Source: Octopus sinensis (lineage: Eukaryota). Taken from it: a DNA stretch of 64,000 bases. Position numbers and translations under genes: made by a program. Below, one piece after another: positions 38,433-53,342 of this stretch. The stretch is taken from the NCBI RefSeq assembly GCF_006345805.1, contig NC_042999.1, forward strand, positions 21,700,001 through 21,764,000, in the 5' to 3' direction. The notes below the pieces were generated by a model, which searched no databases, had not been told where the DNA came from, and saw nothing but the letters and a program-made list of their open reading frames with translations. Position 1 is the first letter of the stretch; each line of letters opens with the position of its first letter.

Positions 38433-39364
38433 AGAATTATATACATATGAGAGGGATATAAATCAACCCTTATGCTAGAAGTAGATTCGCTATGGTCTTA
38501 CTACTAAGAAGTGTTATCAATAAAATTTTTTTCTCGAGAACATTTCTTATTGGTAAGACCATAGCGGATCTACTTTTAGCATAAGGGTTGTCCAAATATA
38601 TAAATATATATATATATATATAAATTGCCGCTAGAAAAACACTAATTTCCATTAAATTGATTATATCTTCCCTGACATAAACTGTACGTGTATGTTATCA
38701 ACAAAACGCTGTTATTATTTTGTTTCGTAATCTCATTTGTTTAAACCACTGTAAACTTTTACTGTAGATGTTCGTATTTCCTGTGATAGTGAGTAATATG
38801 TATAATGTCGTAATCAGCGAAGAAGCTTTTATATTACTGAGATGGCATTCAGTTTTAAGGGAACTTTCGACCAAGTTTGAAACTCAACTCACCAATTTGC
38901 TGCTATGGAATGCTGACCTCCATTAGTTTAAAACCCTATAAAATGGTTTAGAATTCTGGCATAATACCAGTAATGTTTCAGGAGTGAAATAGCCGATAAG
39001 ATAGAACCTATTACTTGACTGATACGTATTCTATCGACTCCGAAATGAGGAAAGGCAAATTCGACCGAACTGGAATTTGAACAAAAATCTAAGTAACCGA
39101 AGGAAATTCCTCGTAGCATCATACAGACGCACAAACCATTCCTTATAATGACACATACGGCTTCCTTATAATGACACATACGTCTTAGTGCATAACAGAT
39201 ATCTGAGCTCATATTTTTGCTTTGATAATCCTAAGTACTTCTAATGCGATCCAACTTTCGATTTTCTAACACTGGCTTAGATATCTATTGTGCATCTCGG
39301 AATGGAAAAAAGGTAAAGTTGACTTCAGCAGGATTTGAACTGAGAATATACAAGGCTCGAAAGA

Positions 39365-39600
39365 AATGTCTATTTCTTTACTACCCACAAGGGGCTAAAC
39401 ACAAAGGGGACAAACAAGGACAGACAAACGGATTAAGTCGATTACCTCGACCGGAGTGCGTAACTGGTACTTAATTTATCGTCCCCGAAAGGATGAAAGG
39501 CAAAGTCGACCTCGGCGGAATTTGAACTCAGAACGTAGCGGCAGACGAAATACCGCAAAGTATTTCGCCCGGCGTGCTAACGATTCTTCCAGCCCGCTAC
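39365..39600 (-). mobile_element. SINE family 2
   Basis: Reverse complement of the family 2 consensus. Confidence 0.88.
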
Positions 39601-40201
39601 CTTATTTGTATGAGTTTCAGAGAATAATTTTTCGTTGAAGAGAAAGTTTAATTGAAAAGTCACACATATTGAATATTTTGTTTTATGGCAATATCCATGG
39701 AGAGAATACACGAAACCGAGCAACATGTTTTACAGTTTTAAATTTCCATGTATCATATCTCAGAATTTCAAACCGTGAGAAATCGATAAAATAACTATCA
39801 ATGTGAATTGGTGATCGATGCTTTCGACTATATCTTCCGTTTACAAAACCTGTTTTTCAAACACTCCACAGGAAATCAGCGCGTATATGAAACCCAATAA
39901 ATCTGCAGCAAATTGAAATACTGGAATTAACAATATTTCAGATATAGATGCTGGAAAATATTTCTGAATCTCATAAGTCAAAATGACAAATGACTGCGCC
40001 AAGAATTGAGTAACAATATTTGATAACACATTCTGTACAAAAACGTGTAAGAATCAATTGTTTTCACAGTACAACATATCAATATTTTTACTAGTAATTT
40101 ACTTGGTTACTTGACATAAGATATCACTGGTATTAATTTTGTCCATGTTCGCAGATAAAAAAATCATTGTTGCATTTCGTTGGGTTTATTATTAATATTG
40201 A

Positions 40202-40238
<37 letters not shown>

Positions 40239-40240
<2 letters not shown>

Positions 40241-40761
40241 AGATGTCACAGAGTATGCAATATCATGATGTTGTTGAGCGAAGATATTGTGTCTACCGGG
40301 GGTTTGTACGGTCTATCAAGTCACAACAAGGACTTCAGACAGACAGTACTTTACGCAATGTGCATGCAGTTCCAAGTAATGCGGACCTTTGAAAATACAC
40401 CTAGATTGCACGGCTTTTCTAAAGATCCCAGATGTTTCTTCAGGTTGGATACTATTGAACCCAATGCGCTAATGATTACAGGGACCACATTTATGTTTGA
40501 CTCTCGTAGCTCCCACATCTTGGCGACCATATTTCACAGATCTCCATATTTATCAATCTTTTCAATTTCCTTTATGATAAACGCATCTCCTGGCACTGCC
40601 ATATTGATTATTAGGCACTCTTTTTGTCCCTTCTAAAGGTTACTATATCCGGCCTTCGGTGCTCTAACACATTGTCTTGAAGTCAAAGTCTTTGCCTTCC
40701 TCTTTTCGCCCATTACCTTTTCCGGTGAATGTTGGCACCAAGCATCCGCTACCGCGTATCC
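40239..40761 (-). mobile_element. R4/Dong-clade 3' fragment between (ATT)n tracts
   Basis: Manual translation: MAVPGD...KIDKYGDL...MWELRESNINVVPVIISALG...; frameshifted SALLGTA. UTR resembles that of the 5312 copy. Confidence 0.82.
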
Positions 40762-40792
40762 ATTATTATTGTTATTATTATTATTATTATTA

Positions 40793-40859
<67 letters not shown>

Positions 40860-40861
40860 TT

Positions 40862-40899
40862 GAGTGAGAGAGCAGTGCATGCCATCAAAGTGACACTGG
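40862..40899 (-). mobile_element. 38 nt 3' tip of the 4638-5124 element, fused to a Dong body
   Basis: gagtgagagagcagtgcatgccatcaaagtgacactgg. Confidence 0.75.
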
Positions 40900-42510
40900 A
40901 TGTGTGCGGTGCCTAGTAATGCTATTTTCTGTATGCTATATATACTCGTAACTCATGGAGCTTTTGTTTTGTACTTGTCTGAATGGTTTTTGATCATCCC
41001 TAATGCGCCTACTATAGCAGGAATTGTTTCTGGCTCCACATTTGAGTTACCTATATTTCTATTTCTTTGTATTTTTAAAGTTTCTGTGTTTCTTTTAGAG
41101 GAACTTTGTCATCTATCAGTATTGACACATCAATGAGAAACCATTTGATGTTGGTGATCTCTGACAACTATACCCTACCTATTAGTCTTGATTTCTGTGT
41201 GTATTAGCATATCCCAGTGTATGTAGGTGTATTAGCATATCCCTGTTTTTTAGCATATCCCAGAGTATGGTTGCTTTCTCATTCTCTGTGGCCTTTTCTG
41301 TTGTTATTCCATAGCTTCCAGTTTATATATGGTTCAACTCTGCTGCGTCTGTGAATATATTCCTTCTTAGCCAGGACTGAGCAGCCAGAGACAATTTGAT
41401 TTATTGTTTCTTCTCCATCACTACATATTCTGAATTTACTTGTATTTCCCTTCATTATGTGTTTTTGGTGATTTCTGGTGGGTAGGCTTTGATTTTCTGC
41501 TGTAATTAAACATCCTTTAGTCTCTGCTTTGAGTCCTGTGCTTCTGGGATTTTGCTTTGTCTATTTTTTATCATGATCCGTTGCTATTCTTGTTTTAATT
41601 TAGATTTCAGTTGCTTTACATTTTTTGTTGTTTCTACTTTTTCTTCATGGTGGTTAGGTACTATGATTTCTTTCTTTTTTTGTATTTGTCAACTACCTTA
41701 AAGACAGAAATCACTTTTTTGGTTTTCGTGTTTTGTAGCTATTTGTATCAGTTTTCTTTGTTTCTGAAGTAAGTATTCTGTAAACCTATGGTGATTATTT
41801 TATAATAGTTTTCTAGCTGTTTAAGGCTTCTGCTACCTTCAATAGGTTGTACGTACAACCTTTCTCTGTCAGATTTTTGGTGGTGCATTCTGAATCCTGT
41901 CATTTTTTTTTGTTGTTGTTGTTTTCCTGCCTATTTTGATCATTTCAGTCAATGTCCAATTAAATATATTGCAGCTGTAACTTATAACTGGGATGGCTAG
42001 AGTGTTGATACCTATTATTACGTCTTTCGCATTGGGCTCTGTTTTCAGTATTAATCTAACTCGTCTATAGTATTCTTTCTTTATTTTCTCTTTCATTTGT
42101 GTGTGTTGTATAGTATCTACTTCATTGATTCGTACGTCTGGCTTTGGTCTAATTCTCTTGTTTCATTTGCTTTATCTAGTGTGATGTTGTTACTGTTAAC
42201 TATTTTTCCTCTTTTCTCAGCCAAATTTCATGTTTATTTCTTTGGTAAATCCATGTTCTCTCTGTAGTAATGCTTCCAGCTGTTTATCATTTGCAGCATA
42301 CAGTTTTAAATCATCAATATACCAGGGGTGGTTGATTGCTTTGCTGCAACAGTAGTATCCGCATCAAGTTCTATTTGGCATGTCAGATAAAACTTTAAGT
42401 GCTAATCAGAAAAGGAGTTGAGGGAGAGTTTGTCCCTGGAATATTCCTCTTCTAATGAGGATGGCTTCGGTGTTTATGAGTCCCTCTTTTGTCTGAAACT
42501 GTAGTACTGT
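40900..42510 (-). mobile_element. Decayed R4/Dong-clade element (RT C-half, CCHC, RLE)
   Basis: RRGIFQG, WYIDDLKLYA, ORF 41869-42096 KEYYRRVRLILKT...INTLAIPVISYS, RICSDGEETINQIVSGC, GALG and GTAH motifs. Confidence 0.85.
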
Positions 42511-42744
42511 TTACCATTGGTTCGTGTCACGGTAGACCTGAGAACAATAGAGGCACAGAGGTAATTCGACATACCCCAGAAATCTCGAACTCCCGAACCA
42601 AGTCCCTGCTAGCGGATTCAGTTTAAAGTCAAAACCAGGACAATTAGAGACGTAGTGCCACGTGATCCAATATTGTTCTCTAATTTTAAGGGCTTGCGTT
42701 TTGGTGCAATCAATTGTTATTTCTTGCAGGTCGCGATATGGCTT

Positions 42745-43070
42745 AGGGGTACTCCGTCGGTTACGACGACGAGGGTCCCATCTGATACGATCAACGGAAC
42801 AGCTTGCTCGTGAAATTAACGTGCAAGTGGCTGAGAATTCCATAGACACATGTACCCTTAACATAGTTCGCAAGGAGTTTCAGCGTGAGACTGAGTGTAA
42901 CAAGGCTGTCCCTTTTTGAAATAGAGGTACTACTCACGTTTGCCAGCTGAGTGGACTGGAGCAACGTGAAATAAAGTGTCTTGCTCAAGAACACAACGCG
43001 TCACCGTGAATCGAACTCACAACCTTACGATCATGAGCCGAATGCCCTAACCACTAAGCCACGTGCTCTC
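42745..43070 (-). mobile_element. SINE family 3
   Basis: Homologous to 24976-25295. Confidence 0.88.
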
Positions 43071-43249
43071 ACATACGGTATACACACTTCATAACTCTCT
43101 AGCAGTTTTTCAAGAGGTGGAAACAGTAGCAGGGGTTCTTGTATCTCCGTTGCTTTCTATTGTTACAATTTTGCTTCGATCAGTTGCTATGTTTTTTTTT
43201 AAAAACAGAACGTTTTAATCGATATCCATCTCTCACTACGCACGCTCAA

Positions 43250-43769
43250 TACCATCACCATTACGACCATAACTAACACCACCACCATCATCATCATCAC
43301 CATTGCAACTATCATCATTATGATCATCATCCCAACCCCTCCAACAGAACCATCGTCACAGTCAATATCATCACCACCACCAACAGCATCATCATCATCA
43401 TTATCATCTCTGCTATCATTTTCATCATTATCATCATCATCATCATCATCATTATCATTATCATCACCGCTATCATCGTCATCATTATCATAGTCATCGT
43501 CTGCATAATAATCGTCGTAACCATCATCATAAATATCATAAACATCATTACCATCATCATCATCATTATCGTCATCATCATCGTAGCACCATCACAATTG
43601 CAACTATCATCATTATGATCATCAACCCAAACCCTCCAACAGAACCATCGTTACATTGAATACCAGCACCACCAGCATCATAATCGTCATCATCATCATC
43701 ATCATCATCATCACTGCTATCATTGTCATCATTATCATAGTCGCCGTATTCATGACCATCGTCGTAATT

Positions 43770-43805
<36 letters not shown>

Positions 43806-43970
43806 GTCGTCGTCGTCGTCGTCGTAACCACCATCATAACCATCATTATCATCATCATCATCATCATCGTCTTCGTCATTATCACCACCATCACCACGAC
43901 CAGCAGCAGCAGAACCACAACCACCATCATCATCATCGTTGTCACTATCACCACCACCATCATGATCACC
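43250..43970. repeat. Degenerate (CAT/CAC/CGT)n low-complexity tract with internal duplication
   Basis: Motif ttgcaactatcatcattatgatcatca...ccctccaacagaaccatcgt occurs twice (about 43302 and 43598). Confidence 0.9.
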
Positions 43971-44366
43971 ATTTCTACCGTAATTTACTTTATTAATTTA
44001 TTTACTAATGTATTTTGTTAGCTAGCATTTCTAATAGTAAGATTAGTAAGATATTCGTAGATTCTGCATTATCTTCATCGTACCGAAATTCATTTATAGT
44101 CGTTGCTATTGTCTTATAAGTATATATTTTTTAACTGTGGTGTGTTTAGTTATTTCTAATCTTTAATTGAATAATATTATAAGACGCAAATCTTATATAT
44201 GTATATAAGGAAGGAAAAATTGCTTTGCCAAGAGAAATAATTTCCTTTGTTCGGAGAACTCTATGATTACAAAAACACGCTTACATATACCCATACAATC
44301 ATTGAGGAGGCAAACAGCTGGATAAAGACAGAGAGATGCATACACACAGGTATATGAACGCACAAG

Positions 44367-44617
44367 GCGGCGAGCTGGCATAAAGCGGCGAGCTGGCAGA
44401 AGCGTTAGCACGCCGGACGAAATGCTTAGCGGTATTTCGTCTGCCGTTACGTTGTGAGTTCAAATTCAGCTGAGGTTGACTTTGCCTTTCATCCTTTCGG
44501 GGTCGATAAATTAAGTACCAGTTACGCACTGGGGTCGATGTAATCGACTTAATACCTATGTCTGTCCTTGTTTGTCCCCTCTGTGTTTAGCCCCTTGTGG
44601 GTAATAAAGAAATAGGT
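44367..44617 (+). mobile_element. SINE family 2 with duplicated 5' end
   Basis: ggcggcgagctggca occurs twice, then the consensus body. Confidence 0.9.
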
Positions 44618-44929
44618 ATATGAACGCACACACACGGACACACACACATGTGTATATGTATATGTATGTATATATATGTATCTAAGGCTATTACCGTCAG
44701 ATATTTGGATTAATAAGAAAAGCGGAAGAGTGCTCAATGAAGTTTATGATGTAGAGCATGTTGTATGGCTGTATGAAGCTAGTGATTTGGCCAGTTACCA
44801 CACGAACTGTTAGGGTCGCTGATCGCTGCAGTCCTTCATGGAAAAGGATAGGATCGAAACAGAAATAGCAAAATCGATGCAGACATAATCTGCCATAGTA
44901 ACATAGACGCACACACACATACACACACA

Positions 44930-44975
<46 letters not shown>

Positions 44976-45019
44976 GTACATATAGTTCAAATTTATAGAA
45001 AAGCAAAATATGAAAACAG

Positions 45020-45125
45020 GTGTATAAACAACAAGCAGGCTATTAGTTTGACGCTCGGGAAAATAAAAACGGCTTTTACGTTTCGCACCTACGCTCTTTA
45101 ACAGAAAGAAATAACAGAAAATAAA
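45020..45125 (-). mobile_element. Decayed hammerhead repeat related to family B
   Basis: Reverse complement: ttt-CTGTTAA-agagcgtaggtgc-GAAA-cgtaaaag; flank ttgacgctcgggaaa resembles ggacgctcaggaaa. Confidence 0.45.
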
Positions 45126-45240
45126 CTAAGAGAGAATGAAAAAATGTACCCATATATATATGTATGTGTGTATGTGCGTGTGTGTGCTCCATTGATCGTA
45201 TCAGCTGGGATCTTCATCGTCGTAACCGACGGAGTGCTCC

Positions 45241-45294
<54 letters not shown>

Positions 45295-47873
45295 AATGTA
45301 TACAAACACATACATGCATATATATGTATATATGTCTGTGTGTGTGTATTTATATTTACAAGCATACATAACCATATATCTATGATAATATACATGGAAA
45401 TTGATGTGTGTGTATGTAACAGAGAAGGAGCATATATGTTATAATGCTTTTAAGGTTAGAAATCAAGCTGATATATACATATAATCATGGGGAGAAATTT
45501 GTAGTAATCCATTAATCTTGGATTAATTCAATAAAGAAGCCAAAAATACTAAGCAGACGGCGTGCACCAGTGCCTAAAATTGTTATAGATTGAGGCAAGT
45601 AACCTTTTGAAATCCTATGCACACGAAGATGCCAGAGGATATATTAATTGATTTTCCCCAATATTTGCCATTTAATATTTCGGCTTTTATAGAATGATAC
45701 CCAAGTTTGGCGTTGTTAGCAACTGGGAAACTAATGCTGTAGATTCTCTGTGAATTTATTGCTTTGTTATTTCTACAGAGTCAGTTCAAAAACCAACGTC
45801 TCTAACTCTCTGTTGTCTCTGTGAATACTCTTCCTAAATAGCTTTTTCTAATTATAAACGCATTACTTAATATCATTGCTAACTTAACTACTAAATGCAG
45901 CTTCAAAACCCACTTAAAATATCGCCCTAAAAAGATTGTACTCGAAGATATATTATGTTTGGGAAAGTCAAGTATGTGACCATTAACATTTTTTTTGCCT
46001 CGCTCGAAAGATCAAGATATCAAGCCTCGTATTCAATATCGTTACTAAATATATAATAATATGACGAGGTAAATGAAAAAGTTGTGAAAACAACAACACA
46101 GTAATGATTCTTAAAATGCATAATGGATAAAACTGGCCACTCGTGGCTAATGGTGCACACTAGATTATAAAAGTAGCACTGAATCTCAAAATTTGTTGGT
46201 TATCAAAAGTGTTTTTTAGTTCTAAAGTATCTTTTGTTAAGGGCTTTTGTCTTTTTGATATTCTTCAGCTGGTAGTATCGTTAGCACGCCGGGCAAAATG
46301 CTTTGCGACATTTTGTCCGTCTCAACGTTCTGAGCTCAAATTACGCCGAGGTCGACATTGCCTTTCATCCTTTCGGAGTCGATGATTTAAGCAGGAATCA
46401 AACACCGGGGTCGATGTAATCGATTTACCTCATGCCTCGAATTTGCTGGGCTCGTGTCGAAATTTAATACCAATATTCTTGATATGATAATCTAAGAAAC
46501 AGAAATATGACCGATATCACTGATGGTGATCCACTGATAAAATCTACCGTCTCGTGAATATCTGTAAAAATCAATTTTATTATTTCAATTGCTGATCATC
46601 CCCAAATAATGAGACCCAGATGTGTCTAAAGTTGAGCGAATGTCTTCCGCCTATGCGACACGTTAACCATTAACTTTAAAAGAAAAAAATGTTTGAGATG
46701 TTGGAACCATCTTAATAAATGATGCTGTGGTTCATAAATTAAGAAATCATCATAAAATATTAGAAAGGAATAGCGAGATTAGAAGAGTGAGAAAAATTGT
46801 AAAACAAAAGTTGAACTTTTATTTCTTGTGTTTAGTTACAACTTAGCATCTGGGTCCAGATGACACCAGTACAAATTTGTTGCTACACTTCTCTGCCCTC
46901 GATAAAATATAGCGTCAATTGTAATATAGTGTTAATGCTATTTCACTCACATCTACATAAAATTGTGCAATATTTTATGAATCATGCTTGTCATTAATAG
47001 CCATGATTAAAGTGACGAGCTGGCAGAATTGTTAGCATGCTGAACAAAATGCTTAGATCACTTCGTCCGTCTTTGTGTTCCGAGTTCTAATTCCATTTAC
47101 TTTCTCTTTCATACCTTTGGGGTTCGAGAAAATAAGTACCAGTCAAGTACTGGACTCAATGTAATCGACTAGCTTTCTCTCTCAAAATATCAGGGCTTGT
47201 GCCTGTAGTAGAAACAATATTCATATTTTAAAAAAATATTTTTGTTTATAGAATAGTACTGGGTTTGCAGGGAATAAGTCCTGGGGTCGATTAAAAAAGA
47301 CGGTGCTCCAGCATGGTCGCAGTCAAAATGACTGAAACATGTAAAAGAGTAAAATAGAGTAGAGTAATTCATCTCTTGGTGAGGTATTATGTTGGGATTC
47401 TTACAGAGAATTTTTCATGTCGAAAACAAACGCCAAAAGATATTTTTTAGACACATCAACGGATTTTGTCAATATTTCTTTTGGTAGATATTATATATAT
47501 ATATATATATATATATAAGGCTAAGATCGTTATTTCAAATACCGATCATATCAGGTGGCCAGCATGGGAATGAAAACCTTATAAGAATTATTATTAAAAT
47601 TTCAGTTAATGGTTTCTAAGAGGTGCCAACATGGTAGAGCTAGTAAAACTTAGTAATTGATTTGAAAGAGAAAATTTGACATACATTTAGTGGCGTAACA
47701 TTATAACAATACCGAATATATAACATTGAAAGTCGACATATTTTTTTTTATTGTTTATGATACACAAAAATTAATTTCATTTTTGGAATCAGCAGAAAAA
47801 ATGGATTGATAGACAATAAAAAAAATACAATAAACAATTTTTTTTTTAAATTGTTATGTTGTGTTATTCATAT

Positions 47874-48279
<406 letters not shown>

Positions 48280-48342
48280 CAATATACGTATATTTACATA
48301 TACGCACGTATACATACTTATATATGTGCGTATATACACGAC

Positions 48343-48725
48343 CTTGGAGGCGCAATAGCCCAGTGATTAGGGCAGTGGACTCGCGGTCGTAGGATCGCGG
48401 TTTCGATTCCCAGACCAGGAGTTGTTGGTATTTATTGAGCGAAAACTTCTAAAGCTCCACGACGCTCCGGCAGGGGAAGGTGTGGAAAACACTGCTGCAC
48501 TCTTTCACCAAAATTTTCTCTTACTCTTTCTTGCTGTTCCTGTTATACCTGTATTTCAAAGGGCCAGCCTTGCCGCACTCTGTGTCCCGCTGAATCTCCC
48601 TGAGAACTACATTAAGGGTACATGTGTCTGTGGAGTGCTCAGCCACTTGCACGCTAATTTCACGAGCAGGCTGTTTCGTTGATCGTATCAACTGGAACCT
48701 CTGTCGTCGCAACCGACGGAGTGCC
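48343..48725 (+). mobile_element. SINE family 3 variant, full length
   Basis: ggaggcgcaatagcccagtgattagg...ggtttcgattcc head; same 3' part as 24976. Confidence 0.85.
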
Positions 48726-50018
48726 ACGATACACGACCGTATATGTATGCATATATCATGTATTTTACTATATAAAATTATATACTTATTTTTAACTATA
48801 TAAATTATATAATGTATTTGAATAATATAAACTTCAATTCTTTTTTTAAGGTTACGTAAAATAATTCCTCACAGCTCATGACGTGACTTGTTCATGAAAA
48901 ATTAAAATATTAAATTCATTCAGTGTGTAAACTAAACTGACAGCCTTAATTAATGACATATCATAATTATATCTGAAAAATAAAATAACATTTATATGAA
49001 AACCTCGAGCATTGCTTGCAATTAATAACATCAACATCATTTCCACATGTACTTCTGTCCATATTTCATCCGGTGCAGACATTATGCCATCGGGTCAACA
49101 ATATGATTTTCATGTTTTTGTTGCAGTGTTTTTGTGACCTTCACTGCTTTGCCCCTGGCTACTAATAATGCAATGACAAAAATAGAAAGAAAGCATCAAA
49201 ATTTAATACAAAAGTTAATAACGTTATGTCAGCTATAGTAGCACTGTCTTGTCTTGTCTTGGAAATACCGTCTTGAGTTCTTGCAGTATTATTCGGATTT
49301 TGTTTAAATCCTTTTGTGTCTAGGGAGAGACATTATGCCAAAATTATTAACAACCTCACCCGTTCAATTCTACTCTTTCATTATAAGTGAATTGATTAAA
49401 TATTAAAGAAACTAATCGATTGTTTGTTAAATTTGGTTACATAGTAAGATATTTCTACTGTTTTTGTTTGTCAAATCTCTTTAGTTGCTAATTACAACCT
49501 TTTCAATGGATTTGTTCTTAATCCGTTACGAAGGCTGCGTTTGTCTGCCTCAGACCTTGTTGCGTAGGTGCGTGCGTGCCAGTGTGCGCGTGGTACTGCT
49601 TGTGTATATATGCATATGTAACAAACAAAAAGAAAACACATTACTTACTGTTTGACCACATTAAACAAACAATGGATTAGTTAGTTGGATATTTAACCAA
49701 TTGACTAATAACAAATGTGTGGAACTGAAACAGTGCGTGTGTTAATAATATTGGCATAATGACTCTACCTAAACATGAATATTCGGATTTTGTTTCATTA
49801 AAAGCGCAATCTTTAAGTGGGTGCCCTTCTATCTATCGTTCCATATGTATGTATGTACGTATGTATGTATGTATGTATGTATGTACGTATGTATGTATGT
49901 ATGTATGTATGTATGTATGTATGTGTGTTATGTATGTATGTATATATGCGTGCGTGTATGTATGTATGTGTATGTGTGTGTATGATGTATGTATGCATGT
50001 ATGTATACACACATGTAT

Positions 50019-50090
50019 GTATATCAGCCGAAACGTTGTGTTGACAACAAACAAAATGAGGTCAAATATCCGTCAAATGTAAATAACGTA
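50019..50090 (+). repeat. Family A fragment (3' half of hammerhead)
   Basis: gtatatcagccGAAAcgttgtgttgacaacaaacaaaatgaggtcaaatatccgtc. Confidence 0.65.
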
Positions 50091-51561
50091 TATCTATTTT
50101 ATTTGTTAATTATTTCCATAATAATGTTCATTCTGAAATTTCGGAAAAAAGTTGCGGGATAAGATCATATTTCTGTTAAGACAATTTTTCTAGAAAATTT
50201 CCTTCATCTTCCTATCCTTCTCAACATCGTCGTCATCGTTGTGGTTGTCATTGTCGTACCCGTGGTTATCGTGTTATTCGAATTGCTGATTAAAGACCGT
50301 CTCTTTTTTACACAGTAAGAATTTACTAAGAGCTATTTTCAATTATTGCCAATTCAGCAAGCATTTTTTGGCTTATGTTTTATTGTTCTGTTATCCGCCT
50401 TTCTCTTCCATTTATTTTCCGTATTTTCTGTATTTTCCAATTTTAATTATACAATTTTATGTTGTACACATGCGGATTACGTAGTAGTAGACCTTTCACC
50501 ACATAGGTAGCTGTTACCTTACTTTAGAAACTGAATTCTACTTCAGTTACTAATCCAATATGTTCATAATTTGTCTTGCTAAATAAATTTCTCCATTTTC
50601 AGGAAGTGACTTCAGTTCATTGAAATGAACATATCTATAATTACAATATTAGTTTAACATTTTAATTTCATTAGAGCTGTCAATATTATTTGACATTGCA
50701 AGCGTCTATGATTTGATTCTACGCAATTTCGCAAACGCTTATAGCTCTGACGATGTTTTCATTCCAATATCGTTAATAAATGAGCGTTTTAATCTTAAAC
50801 ATCTGTCCCATTAATTTATCTATATTCAGGAGAGGATTCACTGTCCTATTGGAATAGTATTGCCATAAATAGAAGCATTTCTAAAGTAATTAAAACACGC
50901 TTGTTATGGAAAATGACTAAAATTTCAAAATTCTCCAGAGTATTTTGTAAATCCCTTTGCTATAATTCCACTGATATCGAATTCGCCTTTTATTATCGGT
51001 GGGTGTGGGTCGATAAAATATGTTTTCTTCGATATCCTTTATTTGTGCCTTCTCGAGCCATGCCTGGCTCATAAGGGCCGGTTTCCCGGTTTCCTTGGCG
51101 TATAGGTTCCCCATCTGGACGGGACGCCGGTCCGTTGCAGGTGAGCTGCAAGATGCAGGAGGAAAGAATGAGAGAAATTTGTGGCGAAAGAGTCAGCAGA
51201 AGTTTTGCCATTACCTTCTGCCGGAGCAGCGTGGAGCTTAGGTGTTTCGCTCAGAAACACACACATCGCCCGGTCTGATATTCGAACTCGCGATCCCTCG
51301 ACCGCGAGTCCACTAGGCCATGTGCCTCCCTTCGATATCTAGATACGTCTCATCAAGTTTGTGTTTACATACTGTCAAGATATTTTCTATGTTTCAAGAT
51401 TATATAAACATGAGTAGCGATAAGTATATTACCACACCACCAACTAAATTATGACCTTGTGTTGACGTTAAAAGTAACATAAAAGCATAAATATAAAACA
51501 TACAAAAAATGAACTTCGTAATTAAGTGTCATATATTAAGTGCAACACATTATTTTCTTTC

Positions 51562-51925
51562 AAGGCGGCGATCTGGCAGAATCGTTAGCACGTCGGGCGA
51601 AATGCTCAGCGGTATATCGTCTGTCGTTACGTTGCGAATTCAAATTCCGCCGAGGTCGACTTTACCTTTCATTCTTTCGGGGTCGATTAAATAAGTACCA
51701 GTTATGCACTGAGGTTGATATAATCGACTCGATCCGTTTCACTGTCCTTGTTTGTCCTTTCTATGTTTAGCGTCTTGTGGGTAGTAAAGAAATAGGTATT
51801 TCATCTGTTGCTACGTTCTGGGTTCAAATTCCGCCGAGGTCGACTTTGCTTTTCATCCTCTCGGGATCGATAAATCAAGTACCAGTGAAACACTGATTCG
51901 ATTAAATCGACGTATTCCCCTCCCC
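51562..51925 (+). mobile_element. SINE family 2 with partial tandem second copy
   Basis: Consensus body, then it restarts at aaataggtatttc. Confidence 0.85.
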
Positions 51926-53271
51926 TAAGCTTTGAAATCATGATGTTGTCTACTATCCATATTTCAAACTTATAATGAATGAAAGCAAGAATAATTTGGG
52001 GTCAGCATATTGATAAAAATCAAGGAAACACATTGTAGATACCATTGAACCCCACCCCTCATCTGACCATATTCATAAACAAGTTAAACCCTTTGAATGG
52101 GTATAGTGTGTCAAAGCATCCTATTTTGGATGATAAACAGCTTTATCAACGACAGTTAGCTAAGTGCATCCCAGAATAATTAACCCGGTGATAAATTTCT
52201 ATCAACTAAAATTTTAAAGAAGATGAGAAGAAAACTAATCGTTTTAATGCACGTTACCCTTCAAAGGAGTCAGGGTGATAACATCGTTTATATATCTCTG
52301 AAGAGGTGTTATAAGACGAGCACATATCTGGAAGTGTTATTAATTTCATACCATGTACTATTTTTCCATGATACTCTTCATTTGACATAGATTTCTTTTT
52401 TAATTATTGCTATATTTCTGATCTCTCCGATATGTAAGGATGCATATTGATGTATGTAAGTCTCTTTTTCAAATGTAACTCTGGAGTATTAAAGAGGCAA
52501 ATTTAACCTATTTTGTCTTACTCATTTTGCCCGCCTAAATTTGCCTTCTTTTTCTATACTCAAACAGAACGGTGATAATTTTCTGAAATGGTGTTCTCAA
52601 TGTGTCAAAGTGCCTTTAATGCATTTAATGAAGGTCCTTTGCTAAGCTGATATCGTTATTTTAAGGTAATGAATAACTGTAATAAATCTTTTTTCTCAAG
52701 GTCAAAACTGCAGTAAACTTCACTCAATGTGCCTCTCACCACTTAATTGAAGCCAAATGCATAATGTCTACAAAGTTCAGCGAGAAAACATTCCGGTGCC
52801 TTGTATAAGTGCCAACATCAAATGAAAGTCGCTGAAAATATATAACTTTTTACAACTCAGTGTGTGCCATTTTTCTATAACCAGGATCTATTTACATAGC
52901 ATAACTAGATATAAATTATCAGACACGTTCACACTAAACTCTGTCCCGAGATGAGAAGTAATTTGAAATCATTAACTGAACATCATACATAATTAGCAGC
53001 AATTTATATCAAAAGTACTGGATATACACTCAAAGCATTTCTGATGACAAAAATGTGTGTTAATTACAGTGAATTATGAATTTAATACGGTGGCTATAAT
53101 AAATTTATGATCACTTTAAGAAAAGACGCTACAACTGTAAATATGAAACATGATCTAATCGGGATTTTTATACTTTACAATGATAGATAAGGGAATATTA
53201 GCCAACTATTTGGGGTTGCTATCGTAAGCAGTCATCTTGTGAATGGCTGGCAGAAAGTCTGAATGACCTAT

Positions 53272-53342
<71 letters not shown>

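Noticed and set aside
43327-44021. Met/Ile/Thr-rich ORFs
   Set aside because: Reading frames of a (CAT)n low-complexity tract; no splice or domain evidence.
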